From NCBI GenBank assembly GCA_043228905.1, contig JBHGNT010000015.1, positions 4,588,001 through 4,652,000 of the forward strand: 64,000 nucleotides of DNA, in the 5' to 3' direction. The DNA comes from Azolla caroliniana. Lineage: Eukaryota > Plantae > Polypodiophyta. Below the pieces are notes generated by a model that saw only the letters and a list, made by a program, of their open reading frames with translations, had not been told where the DNA came from and made no database searches. The position numbers and the translations under genes were made by a program. Shown in pieces: positions 20,927 through 34,139 of the stretch (positions are counted from its first letter, which is position 1; each line of letters starts with the position of its first letter).

Positions 20927-23626
20927 TCATTGTTCACCCAAATTGTCCAAATTACTTTGTTCAAGAATTTCCACTTGTTCTTCCGGTTGTGGTTGTTGCG
21001 GCTGTGCTTGCTGCTGCTGCTGTGGTTGCGGTTGGGACTGAGGCTGCTCCGGCTGCTCTGCTTGCTGCTGCTGCTCCGTTTGTTTCGCTGACTCCGGCTG
21101 CTCCGTTTGTCTCTCTAGCTCCGGCATCTCCGTCTGACTGCTTCCGGTCCGGTCTCCTTCCAGTAACGGTTCCTCATCACGGAGGTTGACCGTAACTGGT
21201 TCTCGTTCTTTCTCTCCCCGGATCCGGGACCTCTCGTAGCTTTCAAACTGGATCTGCGCCTCCAGCCTGTCGTCGTCCAGCTGAGCTACAAGTTGCCGGA
21301 CTTGCTCTAATTGGTCTTCTGCCAAGGCTTGAAAGTCTTTGGCCAGCTCATCTCTTATGCCGGTGAAGTCTTCGGAAGTCAGCATATAGCAATCATCTCC
21401 CTCCTTCCGCCGGTTCTCTACGTCAGCCCGGAGCAATTGGAGTTCCGCCGCGTTCGTGGCCCACTTGGTCCACCATTTGACGGACCCGTTGTCAATCAAG
21501 CTCTTGGTCTGGTTCAACCAGGCCCGCATTATATCCTGGATGCGACTTGCTCCCATTTGTGCTCTGCTTTCCACCACTTGTCGCTCCTCCTTCAACTGCT
21601 TGATGAGATTTGCCGTATCCTCCGCCTGCTCCCTGTAGCGCGTCAGCTGCCCTTGATATGTCGTTTGCAGCCTCTGCAGTACCTCCGCCGCTCTTTCTTT
21701 TTCCGCCTGCTGTTGCCTGAGGAGCTCTGTCCGAACCTTCTCCGCCTCTTCCAACCGTCTTCTGTTTTCCGCTTGTTCCTTGGCGAATGCGGTTGCGGTC
21801 CGATCAACTGCTTGCCGGAGCTCATCCGTCCGTTCCTTGTGCTCCGTTTGCAACCGTTTATACTCCCGGTGCAATTGCTCAAATTCCTCCGTTTTTTGTT
21901 TGAGCTTGCCGTTGATCTGGCGATGGTTCCGGTCCTCCCGGTCCTTTACCTGCCGGAGTTCCTCTTTCAGGCGCTCTACTTCTGTTTCGGCGTTCCTCCG
22001 GAGCCTCTCCTTCTCTTGCAGCATTTTCTCCTTCTCCTCCTTGAGCCGATCGTACGCTTGGTGGCCTTTCCGTAAGCCCTCCTCGGCCCGGCGTAGATTC
22101 TCAGCAGTCTTTTTGAGTTCTGCCTCCGCTGCCGTCTTCAATTCTCTTTCGCGGCTCCTCAGCGCTTCTTGGGCAGCAAGCTCATCCTTTAAATCCGCAA
22201 GCTCTTGGGCTTGTGCCGCATTTCTCTCCGGAACGGTTTCCGTTGCCGGGGTCTGATTGCTATGTACAGGTTGATCTGCCGCTTTATTCTGTACATTGCC
22301 CGGAGTCACCGGTGCTTGGACTTGTGTTGTCAAAGCCACTTGCGCCCTTTCCCTTGTGACCCTGTCCAAGTCTTGTTCAAGGCTCCGGATTCTGGACCGG
22401 GCCGTCTCTAGATCTACGGTTGTGACGAGCAACCGTTCCTGGTGCGTTCTCTCTTCCGCCTCTATATACTCGACCACTCCGGCGATTTGCTCGCCTACCC
22501 ACCGTAGCCACATGCTACTGGTGCCCTGTTGCTGTACTGGTCGGGTCGGCTCATTCACCGTGGAATTGTCTGGCCTGATTGCCTGCATATGCCGTTCTGG
22601 TTCTACTCCTTGGCCGCCGTGTGCTCTGGCTGGGCTCGCCGGCTGTTGAGTTCCGGTTCTCGCCGTCTCCGGAGCCGTTGGACTGACTTCTTCTATAGAA
22701 GTCGACAAGACCGGTTCCCTACGCACCGGTTCCGGTTCTTCCCTTGTGGTTTGCTCAGGTTGAGTTGGGGGCGTTTCTGCCTCTCGCGGGTATGACCGCT
22801 CCCCTCCTGTCTTGGCGGTCCTACTTCTTGACCGTCGTTGGAGGTGCTCTTCTGGCTCCTCCGTTTCCTCTTCCTGTGTCACGGCATGTTTCTGTGCCGT
22901 CAAGGGTTCCGGTTCCTTCTGTCCTGGTCTCCGTAAGGTTATCTTGACGGGTCGGACCGGTGACACCTCCTCCGGCTCTGGGACCCGTTTCTTCCCTTTC
23001 GTCGCCTTCGACGCCAGCAGCTGCTGTCGTTTGGACGCCGGCTTCGAGGTGCTTCCTTCCGATACTCTTGGCCGCTTCTTTGGCTGGACGGTCTCGACCG
23101 GCGGCACGAGCAATGTTATCCATTGAGCTACGGCGTGCCACAGCTTCCGGCCCTCCTTGCCGTCCTTCCCTCGTACCATGTCGATTGCCATGCACAACCC
23201 GTCTGCAATCAACACCGGCCAGTCCACCTTGACCCCTTCATAGGTGGCTATGATCATCCCTGCCCGATTTTTTGGCATGACAGGGGGTCGGGGGTACACG
23301 TGACCGTACTCATGGAGCACTCGAGCTATCTCCCTGAATAGCGGATCTTCGCCGCCCTGCGTCCGATAGCCTTTGCCGGCAACAGAGTACTCACCGAAAT
23401 ATCGGGTGAGTTGCTCCGAGGTTGGGTTATCGATCTGAAAGATTCCTCCCTCCGGAAGGCCTGTTAGCGCGCGGATCGCTTCCTCGGTGATGACCTCTGT
23501 GGCGAGCTCCTTGATGACCCGGTCGGCTTCTCTGTGCGGCGGTGCCTCCATGATGGCCAAGAACCCCTCCAGTCCGTTTTGCTTGAACCATTTCCTGGCC
23601 GCTTCCGACAGCGTTTGTGGTTCCAT
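20927..23626 (-). CDS. Retroelement accessory protein, 899 aa: globular N-terminus, basic/disordered linker, long coiled coil, Q/E/P-rich tail
   Basis: Intact ATG-started ORF between integrase and the 3' LTR. A homologous segment is present in the diverged element at 53899-54594. Confidence 0.85.
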   Translation of the reverse strand: MEPQTLSEAARKWFKQNGLEGFLAIMEAPPHREADRVIKELATEVITEEAIRALTGLPEGGIFQIDNPTSEQLTRYFGEYSVAGKGYRTQGGEDPLFREIARVLHEYGHVYPRPPVMPKNRAGMIIATYEGVKVDWPVLIADGLCMAIDMVRGKDGKEGRKLWHAVAQWITLLVPPVETVQPKKRPRVSEGSTSKPASKRQQLLASKATKGKKRVPEPEEVSPVRPVKITLRRPGQKEPEPLTAQKHAVTQEEETEEPEEHLQRRSRSRTAKTGGERSYPREAETPPTQPEQTTREEPEPVRREPVLSTSIEEVSPTAPETARTGTQQPASPARAHGGQGVEPERHMQAIRPDNSTVNEPTRPVQQQGTSSMWLRWVGEQIAGVVEYIEAEERTHQERLLVTTVDLETARSRIRSLEQDLDRVTRERAQVALTTQVQAPVTPGNVQNKAADQPVHSNQTPATETVPERNAAQAQELADLKDELAAQEALRSRERELKTAAEAELKKTAENLRRAEEGLRKGHQAYDRLKEEKEKMLQEKERLRRNAETEVERLKEELRQVKDREDRNHRQINGKLKQKTEEFEQLHREYKRLQTEHKERTDELRQAVDRTATAFAKEQAENRRRLEEAEKVRTELLRQQQAEKERAAEVLQRLQTTYQGQLTRYREQAEDTANLIKQLKEERQVVESRAQMGASRIQDIMRAWLNQTKSLIDNGSVKWWTKWATNAAELQLLRADVENRRKEGDDCYMLTSEDFTGIRDELAKDFQALAEDQLEQVRQLVAQLDDDRLEAQIQFESYERSRIRGEKEREPVTVNLRDEEPLLEGDRTGSSQTEMPELERQTEQPESAKQTEQQQQAEQPEQPQSQPQPQQQQQAQPQQPQPEEQVEILEQSNLDNLGEQ

Positions 23627-24005
23627 GTCTGCTTCAAGGTCGAGGGAAGATGGCGAGGTAGAGTGGTGATGAGAGTGAGAGCGAGAGAGAGAGCGTTCTG
23701 AGCGCGGAGGTTCTCTGCGTGCAGGTTCGCGTTTGCTCAGCTTCCACTATCTTGGTGCTTCTGTGCTTCTTGGCTCGCGAAATGAAAAGGTCTCCATGCG
23801 TTCTGCTTCTTCTTTGTGCGTTTTGGCGCCTTTTTCGAGCATGCACACGTCGTGTACCAATTTAGTATTAAGTAGCGTGGCGTCTCTTAAATGCCCACTA
23901 CGTACCTTTTCGCGCCTTGCTTTCACACCCGTTCATACCTCGATTTTTAATGATTTTTTTTTTTTTATTTTTATTTTTAAAAATTTTTAATGACGGTGTG
24001 TGACC

Positions 24006-27000
24006 TTACACATCCGTAAGTCCCTTCGGACTCTGACCGTTTTCCTTACGGGTTGCCGTGTCTTCCTTCGTCTCTACTACGGGTTCCCCGTCGTCTTTTT
24101 CTTCCGGATCGATCCGTACCGATCCCGGACAGGTTCCTGGTATAGTGCCGGTGAGCTGCTTAAACGGGTTCTTTGGCATCGGTCCTTTATAGGGCTTTAG
24201 TCGAAATCCATTCACCCACTTGCCTAGTACTTCCCCGGCAAGTGTCCCTATCTGATAGGACCCGTTGTATTCCCGTGTCAGCCAATACGGGCCTGTCCAT
24301 CTGAACCGGAGTTTACCCGGCATCTTGCCCATCCTCGTTTGGAATACTAGCACCGGCTTTCCGATTTCGAACATCTTCTCATTACCCTTCCGGTGACGGT
24401 CAACGAACGCTTTCCGTCGTCGTTGCTCCAGTTCCATGTGTAGGATGCTGGCCAGCCGTTGCTCCTCCAGTTCGCATAGTGCTGCTAGCCGCATTTCCTC
24501 CGACTTCTTTTCATTTAGCCGTTCCCGTAGTTGGATCCGTAAGCTTGGTACCTGAAACTCGACCGGCATGACCGCTTCTAAGCCGAATGCTAGCCGGAAC
24601 GGCGTTGTCCGGATACTTGTTTTGTATGCCGTTCGGTACGCCCATAGCGCACTATGGAGCTTTGTGTCCCAATCCGTCCGGTTTTCATTGACAATTTTGC
24701 GGAGAATGTTCTGCAGCGTTTTGTTGGTGGACTCTGCTAACCCGTTCGCCTGTGGGTATTACGGTGTGCTTCTTTTATGGACCACAGCATAGAACGTTGT
24801 TAAGCTTTCCACTACCTGGCCGAGGAAGTGGCCTCCTTGGTCGCTGATTAATTCAATCAGACATCCATATCGGCACCAAATGTTTTCGTACAGGAATTTT
24901 GCTGTGGATGACGCGGTGTTGTCTCTCAGGGCCTTTGCTTCCACCCATTTAGTGCAATAATCCGTTGCCACGATGACATAACGATTACCCGTTCTCATTG
25001 CCGGTGGCTTGAACGGTCCGACAAAATCCAACCCCCACTTCTGGAATGGCTCTAGTGGAAGTACCGGTTGGTGTGGCATCCGTGCTTGCTCCGTAGGCTG
25101 GCCCATTCGTTGGCATAGGTCACATTCCTTAGCATACCTGACGGCGTCTTTTAACGTCGTGGGCCACCACAAGCCGCTCTGCCATACTTTCCTCGCCGTC
25201 GCTTCCCCGGCATAGTGTCCTCCGGCAACCCCACAGTGTGCTTCCCGTAAGATTACGTCTTTCTCGTCACTACGGACTGCCCGTCTCCATATTCCATCTG
25301 CTCCTTTGTGGTAGAGAGTGTCCCGTAACAGACAGAAATTGCGGCTCTGCACCGCCAGTCGTTTCCTCTCGTCCCGGTTCATTTCCTCCGGTGGCAGGCC
25401 CGTGCTTAGGAACTGGTGCATGTTTGTCAGCCATTTATCTTCTGATGCCACCGTGTCGTCCGCTGCCGTTTCCGGGGTGATACGGAATAACTCCGCGTCC
25501 GGGAATTCATCCGCTACTCCGTCGCCTGGTTCTCCGGACTCTAACCGGCTTAGATAGTCTGCTACGGCATGCTGGATACCGGGCCGGTGGAAAATCTCGA
25601 ATTCGAACTCCTGCAACAGTAAGGTCCAACGGGCCAACTTACCGGTCAGGGACGCCTTGGAAACTAAGTAGAGGAGCGCCGAGTGATCCACATGGAAGGA
25701 GAACTTCCTTCCCAATAGGTAGTGACGAAACTTTGTTACACTGTAGATCATGCCCAGGGCCTCCCGTTCCGTCGTTGAATAGTTCTTCTCCGCTTGGGAT
25801 AGTTTCCGGCTGGCGTAATATACCGGCCGGTACCATTTAGGCTCCGTAAGTTGCATTAAGGCGTTGCCAATAGCGATGTCGGACGCGTCCACGAACACGT
25901 GAAATTCCTTGCTCCAATCCGGAGGCTGCATGACAGGTGCTTGCGACAAAAGTACCTTCAGGGCATTGTATGCCTTATCCTCCGTCTCCGTCCATTGGAA
26001 CGGTGTCCGATGTACCGCGGTGTGTAATGGTGTCGCCAAGTCCGCCAAGTGACGGAGCATCCGGCTGTGCCACCGGATTTGTCCTAAGAATCGGCTTAGT
26101 GCTTTGGCCGTTTTCGGCGCCGGTGCCCCTAGTATGGCGTTTACTTTGTCCGGGTCGACCGCAATGCCCTCCTTACTTACGATGTGTCCCAGCAATATTC
26201 CACTTGAAACCCCAAAGATGCATTTTGCTGGGTTTAAGCTTAGCCGGTATAACCTACACTTTTCAAGGCATAACCGTAGGTGCTGCAAATGGTCTTTTCC
26301 CCGGCTATAAACTGCAAAATCATCCAGGAAAACTTGCATAAAGGCAGGAATGTATTCGCCGAAGATCTCCATGATGATTCGCTGGAACGTTGCTGGTGCC
26401 GTTTTTAGGCCGAACATCATGACTTCGGCCACAAACACCCCCCATTCGGTGACGAACGCTGTCTTTTCCTGGTCGTCCGGGTGCATCCGGATTTGATTGT
26501 ACCCGCTGAACCCGTCTAAAAAGCTATAAACTTCATGACCGGCGACGGCATCCAGTACTCCGTCCGTGAACGGAAGAGGGAAGGCATCCGTAATTGTGGC
26601 GGCATTTAGTTTCCTGTAATCAACACACACACGGATTTTACCGTTCTTCTTGGGGACGACGACGATGGGGCTCAGCCACGTCGCTTTCTTTACCGGCCGG
26701 ATGAAGCCCACTCTTAGGAGTTTGTCGATTTCCTCTTTTACTTTGGCGGCGTAGTTGGGGTTCATTCGGTATCGTCGTTGCGCCACTGGTTTCGCGTCCT
26801 TGCCTAGGTGGATCTGATGCTGATATAATTGAGGGTCCAGCCCTCGCATGTCTTCGTATGACCAGGCGAATACGTCGCGAAACTCCGTGAGAAGTTTGAT
26901 CATCGCCGCTTTATCTTCCGGCTTCATTTCTTTGGCGATGTGTACCGGCTTTGATTCGTCCTTGCTTCCTAGGTTCACTTCGTCGAGCTGGGATGCTTTT

Positions 27001-29870
27001 ACCCGTTGGGAAACGGCCATTTCCCGTTCCAACGCTTCCTGTGCTTGCCGTAATTCCCGAATCACATCTTTCTCTGGTTCAGCTTCGGTGTCGTCCCGCT
27101 GCGGCAAGTATGGGGCTACGGCTTCAGCTACGTCAATCTCGAAGAGTGGTACGATCTTCGGGTGTTCCTCCAAGTACTGGGCTTCTTCGTCGTCTGCCAA
27201 CCCTTCAAGCATGTTCACACATTCCGCATACAGCGGTGTGCATTCCTTACCGTTGCTTGTCCGTGGTTGTGTCGGTACTCGGACCTTGGCTTTTCCGCGC
27301 CGGAAGGTAATCATATTTTTTCGCCAATTTTGCTTGATGTGTGCTGTTTTCAACCATGGTCTGCCCAGCAACAGAGGGTACGCGCCTTGCGCCTGTAGCT
27401 GCAGCACTACAGCTGAGATGTGAAATGTGTGACCTCCTATGGTGACTTCCAATTTCCGTATTAAGCCCGTCGGTCGTACCGAACTCGTATCTGCCATCCG
27501 TAGCCAGAACGGGCATGGCTCCCATTCATGTATTCCCAAGGCATCACACGTACGGAGGCTTATTACGTTCACCCCGGAACCTCCATCGATTACGGTGCCG
27601 GGAAGTTCGTGCCCTTTGACAATAGCTGTAATCGCCGGACTACTAGTGTCCACCACCGTCGGTCCCTCCTCCGGGTTCGAGAAGAGGACTGGTGCCGGTG
27701 GGGCTATGCCGTCTGTCATGCCCGTTTTTAGCCCTTCCGTAAATCGCGGCACGAGCTGCAAGAGTCTTCCTAACGGCAACGTGATCTGACATTCTTGCAG
27801 TGCTTGCCATGTCTCGTTTTCTGGGTGGCTACCGCCGGCACTCCCTATGCTATTTGCCTTTTGCCGTTCCGCGTCCGCGACGTTCTTTTCATTGGCTTCC
27901 TTCACCCATTCCGTCGCCTGTTTTCGTATGGCCTCTTGTGTTTCCCACTCTTTGGCCATGCCTTTCGACCGTGTGGTTACTTGCTGTAAATCCGCCACTT
28001 CCGGAACCACCATATTAACTGCTGGTCGTTTCTCGTAGCTCTTTACCGGGCACTGGTTACTGTAGTGGCCTTCCTGCCTGTAGTAGTAGCAGTACTCTTT
28101 ACGGGTATTGCTGGATTCAGCATTGCTGGTAGCCGGAGTTGGTCCCGTAGCGAGTGGTGCGTTCTGTGCCGGTTGGCTCCTTGGGACTCCATGTTCCGGG
28201 TCCCTAGGGTGACCACCTTTCTTGAAATTACGTTTCTTATTATTCTTATGTTTATTTCGGTAGTCCGGTCGTGGTGGATCGTAACACCGGCCGTAGTCCT
28301 CCTGGTGCCTTCGGTAACCAGGGGAATGGTCTCTGTCGTATTGCTCGTGTCGTCTGTTGGGCTCCCGATAACGGTCCGATCGCTCATACCGGTCGTAGTT
28401 ATCACGCCGATTCCCGTACCGGCCATCATTCTCTTGCCTGTCTCCGTACCGGACATCCTGTGCCGGTCGGTACCGGTTCATTTTTTGCCAACGATCTTCA
28501 TCTTCGTCTTGGCTGCTTCTTGGCTCGATCCGTCGGACGGGTGGTGCTTGTCGGTTTAACAGGTTATACTCGCACCGGTCCGTTGTATGACTCTTGGATT
28601 GACAAATCACACACTGAGTGCGCATGGTGCACTCTACTGCCGAGTGTCCGGCATTCAAGCAGATTGTGCATTGAATTGCCTGCCGGAACCGGAGATCTTC
28701 CTCGGTGGGTAACGCCCGTTGCAGTGTTCCCAGCGTAAGCCATGAGCTTGTCTTTTCCATTTCTCTGACCCGGTCAATGACCTGATCGATGGTGCATCCT
28801 CGAAAGTCGATCACCGTACACACCGTGCGTAACGGTTCCCGGAGTGCGTTTAAAAATATCGTCCGTAATTCCTCCTCCGGGGGTGCACGGGCAAGCTGGC
28901 TATGCATTCGTTGGAAACGGATGACGAATTGGGGAATGCTTTCCCCTGCCTCCTGTCGGATCGTATAAAACAGGCCCACCATTGTCGTCTGGTCGACCTC
29001 CTTGTGGAAAAAATGCAAGAATTTTGCTTTTAATTCTGCAAATGTTGTGATGGTCGTCGGGTCCTGCGACCGCCGCCATCGTGTCGCTGGTCCCTCCAAC
29101 GTGACTCCGAATTCCGCTATCTTCGAGCGTTCTTCTTCCTCCGGTGTCATTCGCTGGGACGTGTGATTTGCTTCCCATGTCTGCTCGAAGTCATCCACAT
29201 GCGCTTCCGCATCCGGATCATCGCGGTACTTTGAGTATTGGAACGGCATGTCGTCGTCCAGTATTAAGCCGCGGTTTAGTGGCGTTTGTTGATATTTTTC
29301 CGGTTCTTTCTCCGGTTCCACTTCCGGTTCTTCTGCCGGTCCTTTTTCCGGTTCTTTTTCCGGCTCTTCTTCCTGTACCTTTGCCGGCTCTTTCGTTGGT
29401 GTTGGTGGCTTTGCTTCTTCCACTTCCGGTGTTGGTGGGTTGACGGCTTCCGTTTGCAGTTCCGGATAGCCCTGGTTGAGCGGTTCCGGTTCTGGAGTCG
29501 GCACGGTATCCGACCCGTCGTCTTCCGGGCCGCCGGGGGTATCGTTGCTGCTCTGGTAGTTCGTGTGCACGCTGTATCCCCCTTCGGAATCCGATTCGTA
29601 GGCTGAAAAGGCTTCTGCCTCGTTTTCTCCGCTTGCCAGCGCCTCCAGGAGTCGTTCGGTTTCCCGGAGACTACTTAGACTGCTTCCGTCGTCCTGGTCG
29701 CGAGTTTGCCGTAACCGGAGAGATTCCTCCGCAACTCTCCGGATCTCGTTGGAGAACGAACGATCCGAGCGAATTTCTTGCGCTGCTTGCTGGAAAGTCT
29801 CACGCCGTCTTTGCCGTTCGGCGAGGCGTCGAGCTCGGTCTGTACCCAAGTCGTGCGTTGGTCTAGTCAT
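24006..29870 (-). pseudogene. Gag-pol polyprotein (gag, 3 zinc-knuckle-like motifs, PR, RT, RNase H, IN) with one in-frame stop in integrase
   Basis: VIDGGSGVN, FLDDFAV, VDASDIAIG, WGLDFVGP. HKRSTP*YPQANG at 24759, after which the frame continues to 24006 (WTGPY motif). Confidence 0.93.
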
Positions 29871-30642
29871 CCATTACCGTCGTTCGCTGCGAGAAAGCAG
29901 GAATCGTGGTCGCCAAAACTGTGTTATTCTCTTAGCCGGACAAGGCCTAACACAAGGTGTCACGGAGACACTTCACCAAAGGGTGATTACGGCATAGGAT
30001 TAAGATTCAACGATTACACCGACTTACGTAGGTTACACGATTAGATTGCTTTGGTTAATTACACGCGTAAGATATAATAGTGATTACAGAACGGAAATCA
30101 AGACAGAAGTATAAACAACATAAGCTCTACTAATTATCCGCTGTCATTACAATAGGGTCCGGGCCTTTAAATAGGTTTCCGGCCCGTAGTACAAAACGGT
30201 GCCTCTCGCACCTATTCGGGATCCGTCCGGATCTGGAACGGCATACCGTTTCCAGTCCGTCCGTCCACACTTTGCTCATTTACAACCATATCTAATTAAT
30301 TCCTTCACTCCGTATTTTGGACTCCTTGCCGGCCGGTAACAAGCATTATTGATAATAGAAATGAGTCTAGCATTGTTGAAACTGTGCCAACTAGTGTTTC
30401 TAGTAATCCAACTCTATCCAATTAGTTTGAGGTCCTAAGCCAATTAGAAGAGGAGTCAAACAAATAAGTCTGGCCAAAATCGGAGCCGTTTGGTTGGATA
30501 GTCCTAGATCTGTACAACCTAGTGTGGTTCCATCTCTTCCAAGCATGTTAGTAGAGTTTTCTCAAGCCAAGTACAAGTTAGGACACCAAGTTGTCAACTT
30601 CATGTCCCAACTCTCTTAGATACCGGAGCCAATTCTTGTTTC

Positions 30643-33600
30643 ATGGATCAAGATTTTGCCCGAAAACATCAAATAGCCTTGCATAAACTTCCTTGCCTAG
30701 TTTCCGTAGCAGTGATTGATGGACGTCCCATAGCTTCTGGAAAGATATTCGAGGAGTTTGAGCCGATACACATACTCTTAGGTGATTTAGGATGTGTGGT
30801 CTCCTTTAACATAATCTATAGACCTGAGCATCCAATAATCCTTGGTTTGCCATGGTTCGAGCTACACAACCCAAGGATTTATTGGAGACAACGAGAAATT
30901 AGGTGCCCTTCAAAAGGAAACTTAGTAGTCAAGGGTCAAACCCAAGATCCTCCCCTTGAAAAACATAGTGTTACCAATTCACCCTCTACCAAACATGTTG
31001 TTCCTCTTCATCAAATTTCAACCATCACCCTAGAACAATTATGCCAAGAAGGAGCAAAAGAAGATTTATTCTTATTTGCCATATTAGTTGCACCTTCTAG
31101 TGACACTCAAGGGACGTTAGAGGTCTACATTCCTAAAAAGTACCAAGAATATGCTGATGTCTTCGACAAAGTCAAAGCTAGTGTACTTCCAAAGCATCGG
31201 CCATACGATTGTCCCATTGATCTACAACCAGGAAAAGAGCCACCATGGGGTCCGATCTACAATCTGTCACCAACAGAGCTTGAGGTTCTTCGAGCATACA
31301 TTGACAAGAATCTTGCAAGTGGATTTATTCGACATTCAAAGTCTCCAGCTGGTGCTCCTATCTTTTTCGTGAAGAAAAAGGACGGCTCACTTCGTTTGGT
31401 CGTGGATTATCGGGGATTAAATAAAGTGGCAATAAGAAATAGGTATGCTCTACCTTTAATTTCCAGTCTTTTAGAGCGCATTGGTGGGGCAAAGCATTTT
31501 ACCAAGATTGATCTAAGGGGTGCATATAATCTTGTCCGTATTCGATCGGGAGACGAGTGGAAGACTACATTTCGCACTCGATATGGCCATTTCGAGTATA
31601 CAATTATGCCTTTTGGGCTCACAAATGCTCCTACCGTGTTTCAACATATGGCAAATGACATTTTCCGAGATTTTCTAGATATCTTTCTTATCATCTATTT
31701 AGATGATCTATTGATTTACTCTAGAACACACGTGGAGCATGATATACATGTCCGGAAGGTACTCCAACGCTTAAGAGAGTATGGTCTTTATGCCAAACTA
31801 GAGAAGTGCAGTTTTGATTGCAAAGAAGTTGAGTTCTTGGGTTAATACCACTTCATCCAAAGGTATCTTCATGGATCCAGCGAAAGTTCAAACAATATTG
31901 GAATGGCATACTCCAAGTTTCGTTCGCGATGTCCAATGTTTCCTTGGATTTGCCAACTTCTACCGCAAATTCATATGGAATTATTCGAAGATTGTATTGC
32001 CACTTAACTCACCAAGAAAAATCAAGCATTTGTTTGGACTCCTGAAGCAAACAAAGCCTTTACTAAGTTGAAAGAGGCATTCACGTCAGCTCCTGTCTTA
32101 GCTCATGTTGATCCAGAAAAGCCATTTATCATTGAGGCAGATGCATCCAACTTTGCATTGGGGAGCATCCTATCACAACCAGGTGAAGATGGGCACTTAC
32201 ATCCAGTCGCGTTTCACTCAAGGAAGTTTAATGTTGCGGAGATCAACTACGAGGTGCATGACAAAGAGTTACTAGCTATGGTCGACTCTTTTGCGCAATG
32301 GAGACATTTCCTGGAAGGTTCACCTCATTAAATCATCATTTATAGTGACCACAAAAATCTTACATATTTTCAGATGGCTCGAGTGCTAAATAGGCGACAA
32401 GCTCGGTGGGCGCAATTTTTAACTCGTTTTGATTTCAAGATCATTTTTTGCCCAGGGAACCAACAAGGGCAAGCAGATGCTCTATGTTGACGCTCATATT
32501 TGGCACTTCACCCTGGAGATCCAACTTTCAACAATCAAAAGAAAGTTCTCCTTGGTCCAACAAAGCTACAAGCAACCACGGTTTGTGCCACGCCATTGGA
32601 TTCAAGTCTTCTTGATACTATTCGACAACAACTTAACTCTGATGATTTTGCTAAGGATGTCCTCACCCACCTTGGTCCAAATCATGCATTTTGCTCCACA
32701 TTGCCAGGGACATCTCGATGCTATAAGGAGTTCAAGTGGCAAGATAACTTACTTTTCTACAAGAATCTACTTTATGTCCCTGATGGATCACCATGCCTTC
32801 GAGTGTTGGAGCACTGTCATGATGCCCATATGGGGCCAGACACTTTGGTATTGCCAAGACCATGGAGCTAGTGAAACGATCATTTTGGTGGCCTCATTTA
32901 CAACAATTCATTGAAGATTATGTTCGCACATGTGACACATGTTGTCGAGCTAAAATGCCTAGACATCATCCTTATGGGTTGTTACAACCATTGCCGACTC
33001 CGAGCAAGCCATGGCAGTCAATTAGTATGGATTTCATTACAGATCTGCCACCTTCACAAGGTTTTGATGCTATTTTAACCATAGTGGATCGATTTACCAA
33101 GATGGCACATTTTCTACCTTGCGTAAAAAGCATCAGTAGTCAAGAAACAACAGATATCATTATGCGTGAAGTATTTCGCCATCATGGTCTTCCAAACGAC
33201 ATAATTAGTGATCGTGGATCGCAATTTATCTCTCACTTTTGGAAGCACCTATGTGACGGGCTCCAAATCTCTTGCAAACTCTCTTCAGCATATCATCCCG
33301 AAACTGATGGCCAAACAGAGCGCACAAATCAAACACTTGAGTAGTATCTTCAATGTTTCATCAGTTATCAACAAGATGATTGGAGTCATATATTGCATCT
33401 TGCAGAGTTTGCATACAATAACACCATACACTCTTCTACCAAGGTCACACCTTTCTATGCCTATACTGGCAACCATCCTCGATGGTGTCTCTTGGACATT
33501 CCAGTGATCTCACCAAACCCTAGTGCAGAGCAACACCTCCACCGACTACAACATCTTCAGTCTGAGTTGTCTTCACATCTTCAGAAAGCTCAAGCCCAAC

Positions 33601-34139
33601 ATAAGGCCCATGCAGATCGACATCGTCTTCCGTCTCCATTCAAGGTTAGTGATTGGGTATGGTTGTTACGCCGTCACATAAAGACTACTTGACTGTGTGA
33701 TAAACTAGATTATAAACGCTTGGGGGGTCCTTTTGTCATCACGAAGCGAATTAATGATGCAACATTCCGTCTTGATCTTTCTGCAAGTTTGCGGCTTCAT
33801 CCAGTCTTTCACAGCTCTCTTTTGGAATCTTACCACACCAGCTCAATTCCCAATCGTGTCGTGCCGCCACCGCCTCCTCTCCAACTTGCTGATGGCCTAG
33901 AGTATGAGGTAGCCTCCATTATTGATTCAAAGATTGTGCGCAATAAGTTGTATTATCTAGTTGATTGGCTAGGCTATACTCCGAGTGATCGCACATGGGA
34001 ACCCGTCGATAATGTTTGTAATGCTCAAGCTCTTATTGATGGCTTCCATCGTCACTATCCCAACAAACCCGACCCTGCATTGTTAACAACTCCTTCCATT
34101 CGTCATTTTAAGAGGAGGGATAATGTCCTGAATCCGTGA
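30643..34139 (+). pseudogene. Chromovirus pol (PR-RT-RH-IN-chromodomain), frameshifted
   Basis: ORF fragments 30643-31845, 32068-32331, 32862-33344 and 33720-34139. Confidence 0.9.

Larger units (their letters stand above)
20455..30341 (-). mobile_element. Young non-chromoviral (Athila/Tat-related) Ty3/Gypsy with an extra 3' ORF
   Basis: 420-bp LTRs (29922-30341, 20455-20874) with only two differences that I could find, TSD AGCAT, PBS TGGCGACCACG (tRNA-Arg-like), single-frame gag-pol plus an 899-aa ORF. Confidence 0.96.

Noticed and set aside
21311-22649. Plus-strand ORFs of 117-254 aa
   Set aside because: Antisense shadows of the E/K/R/Q-rich accessory ORF.
20927-23626. True retroviral envelope gene
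   Set aside because: No signal peptide, no transmembrane anchor, and NLS-like motifs present.
30347-30375. Long (~24-bp) target duplication around the Gypsy insertion
   Set aside because: Better explained as a pre-existing short tandem repeat in the chromovirus; the true TSD is AGCAT.
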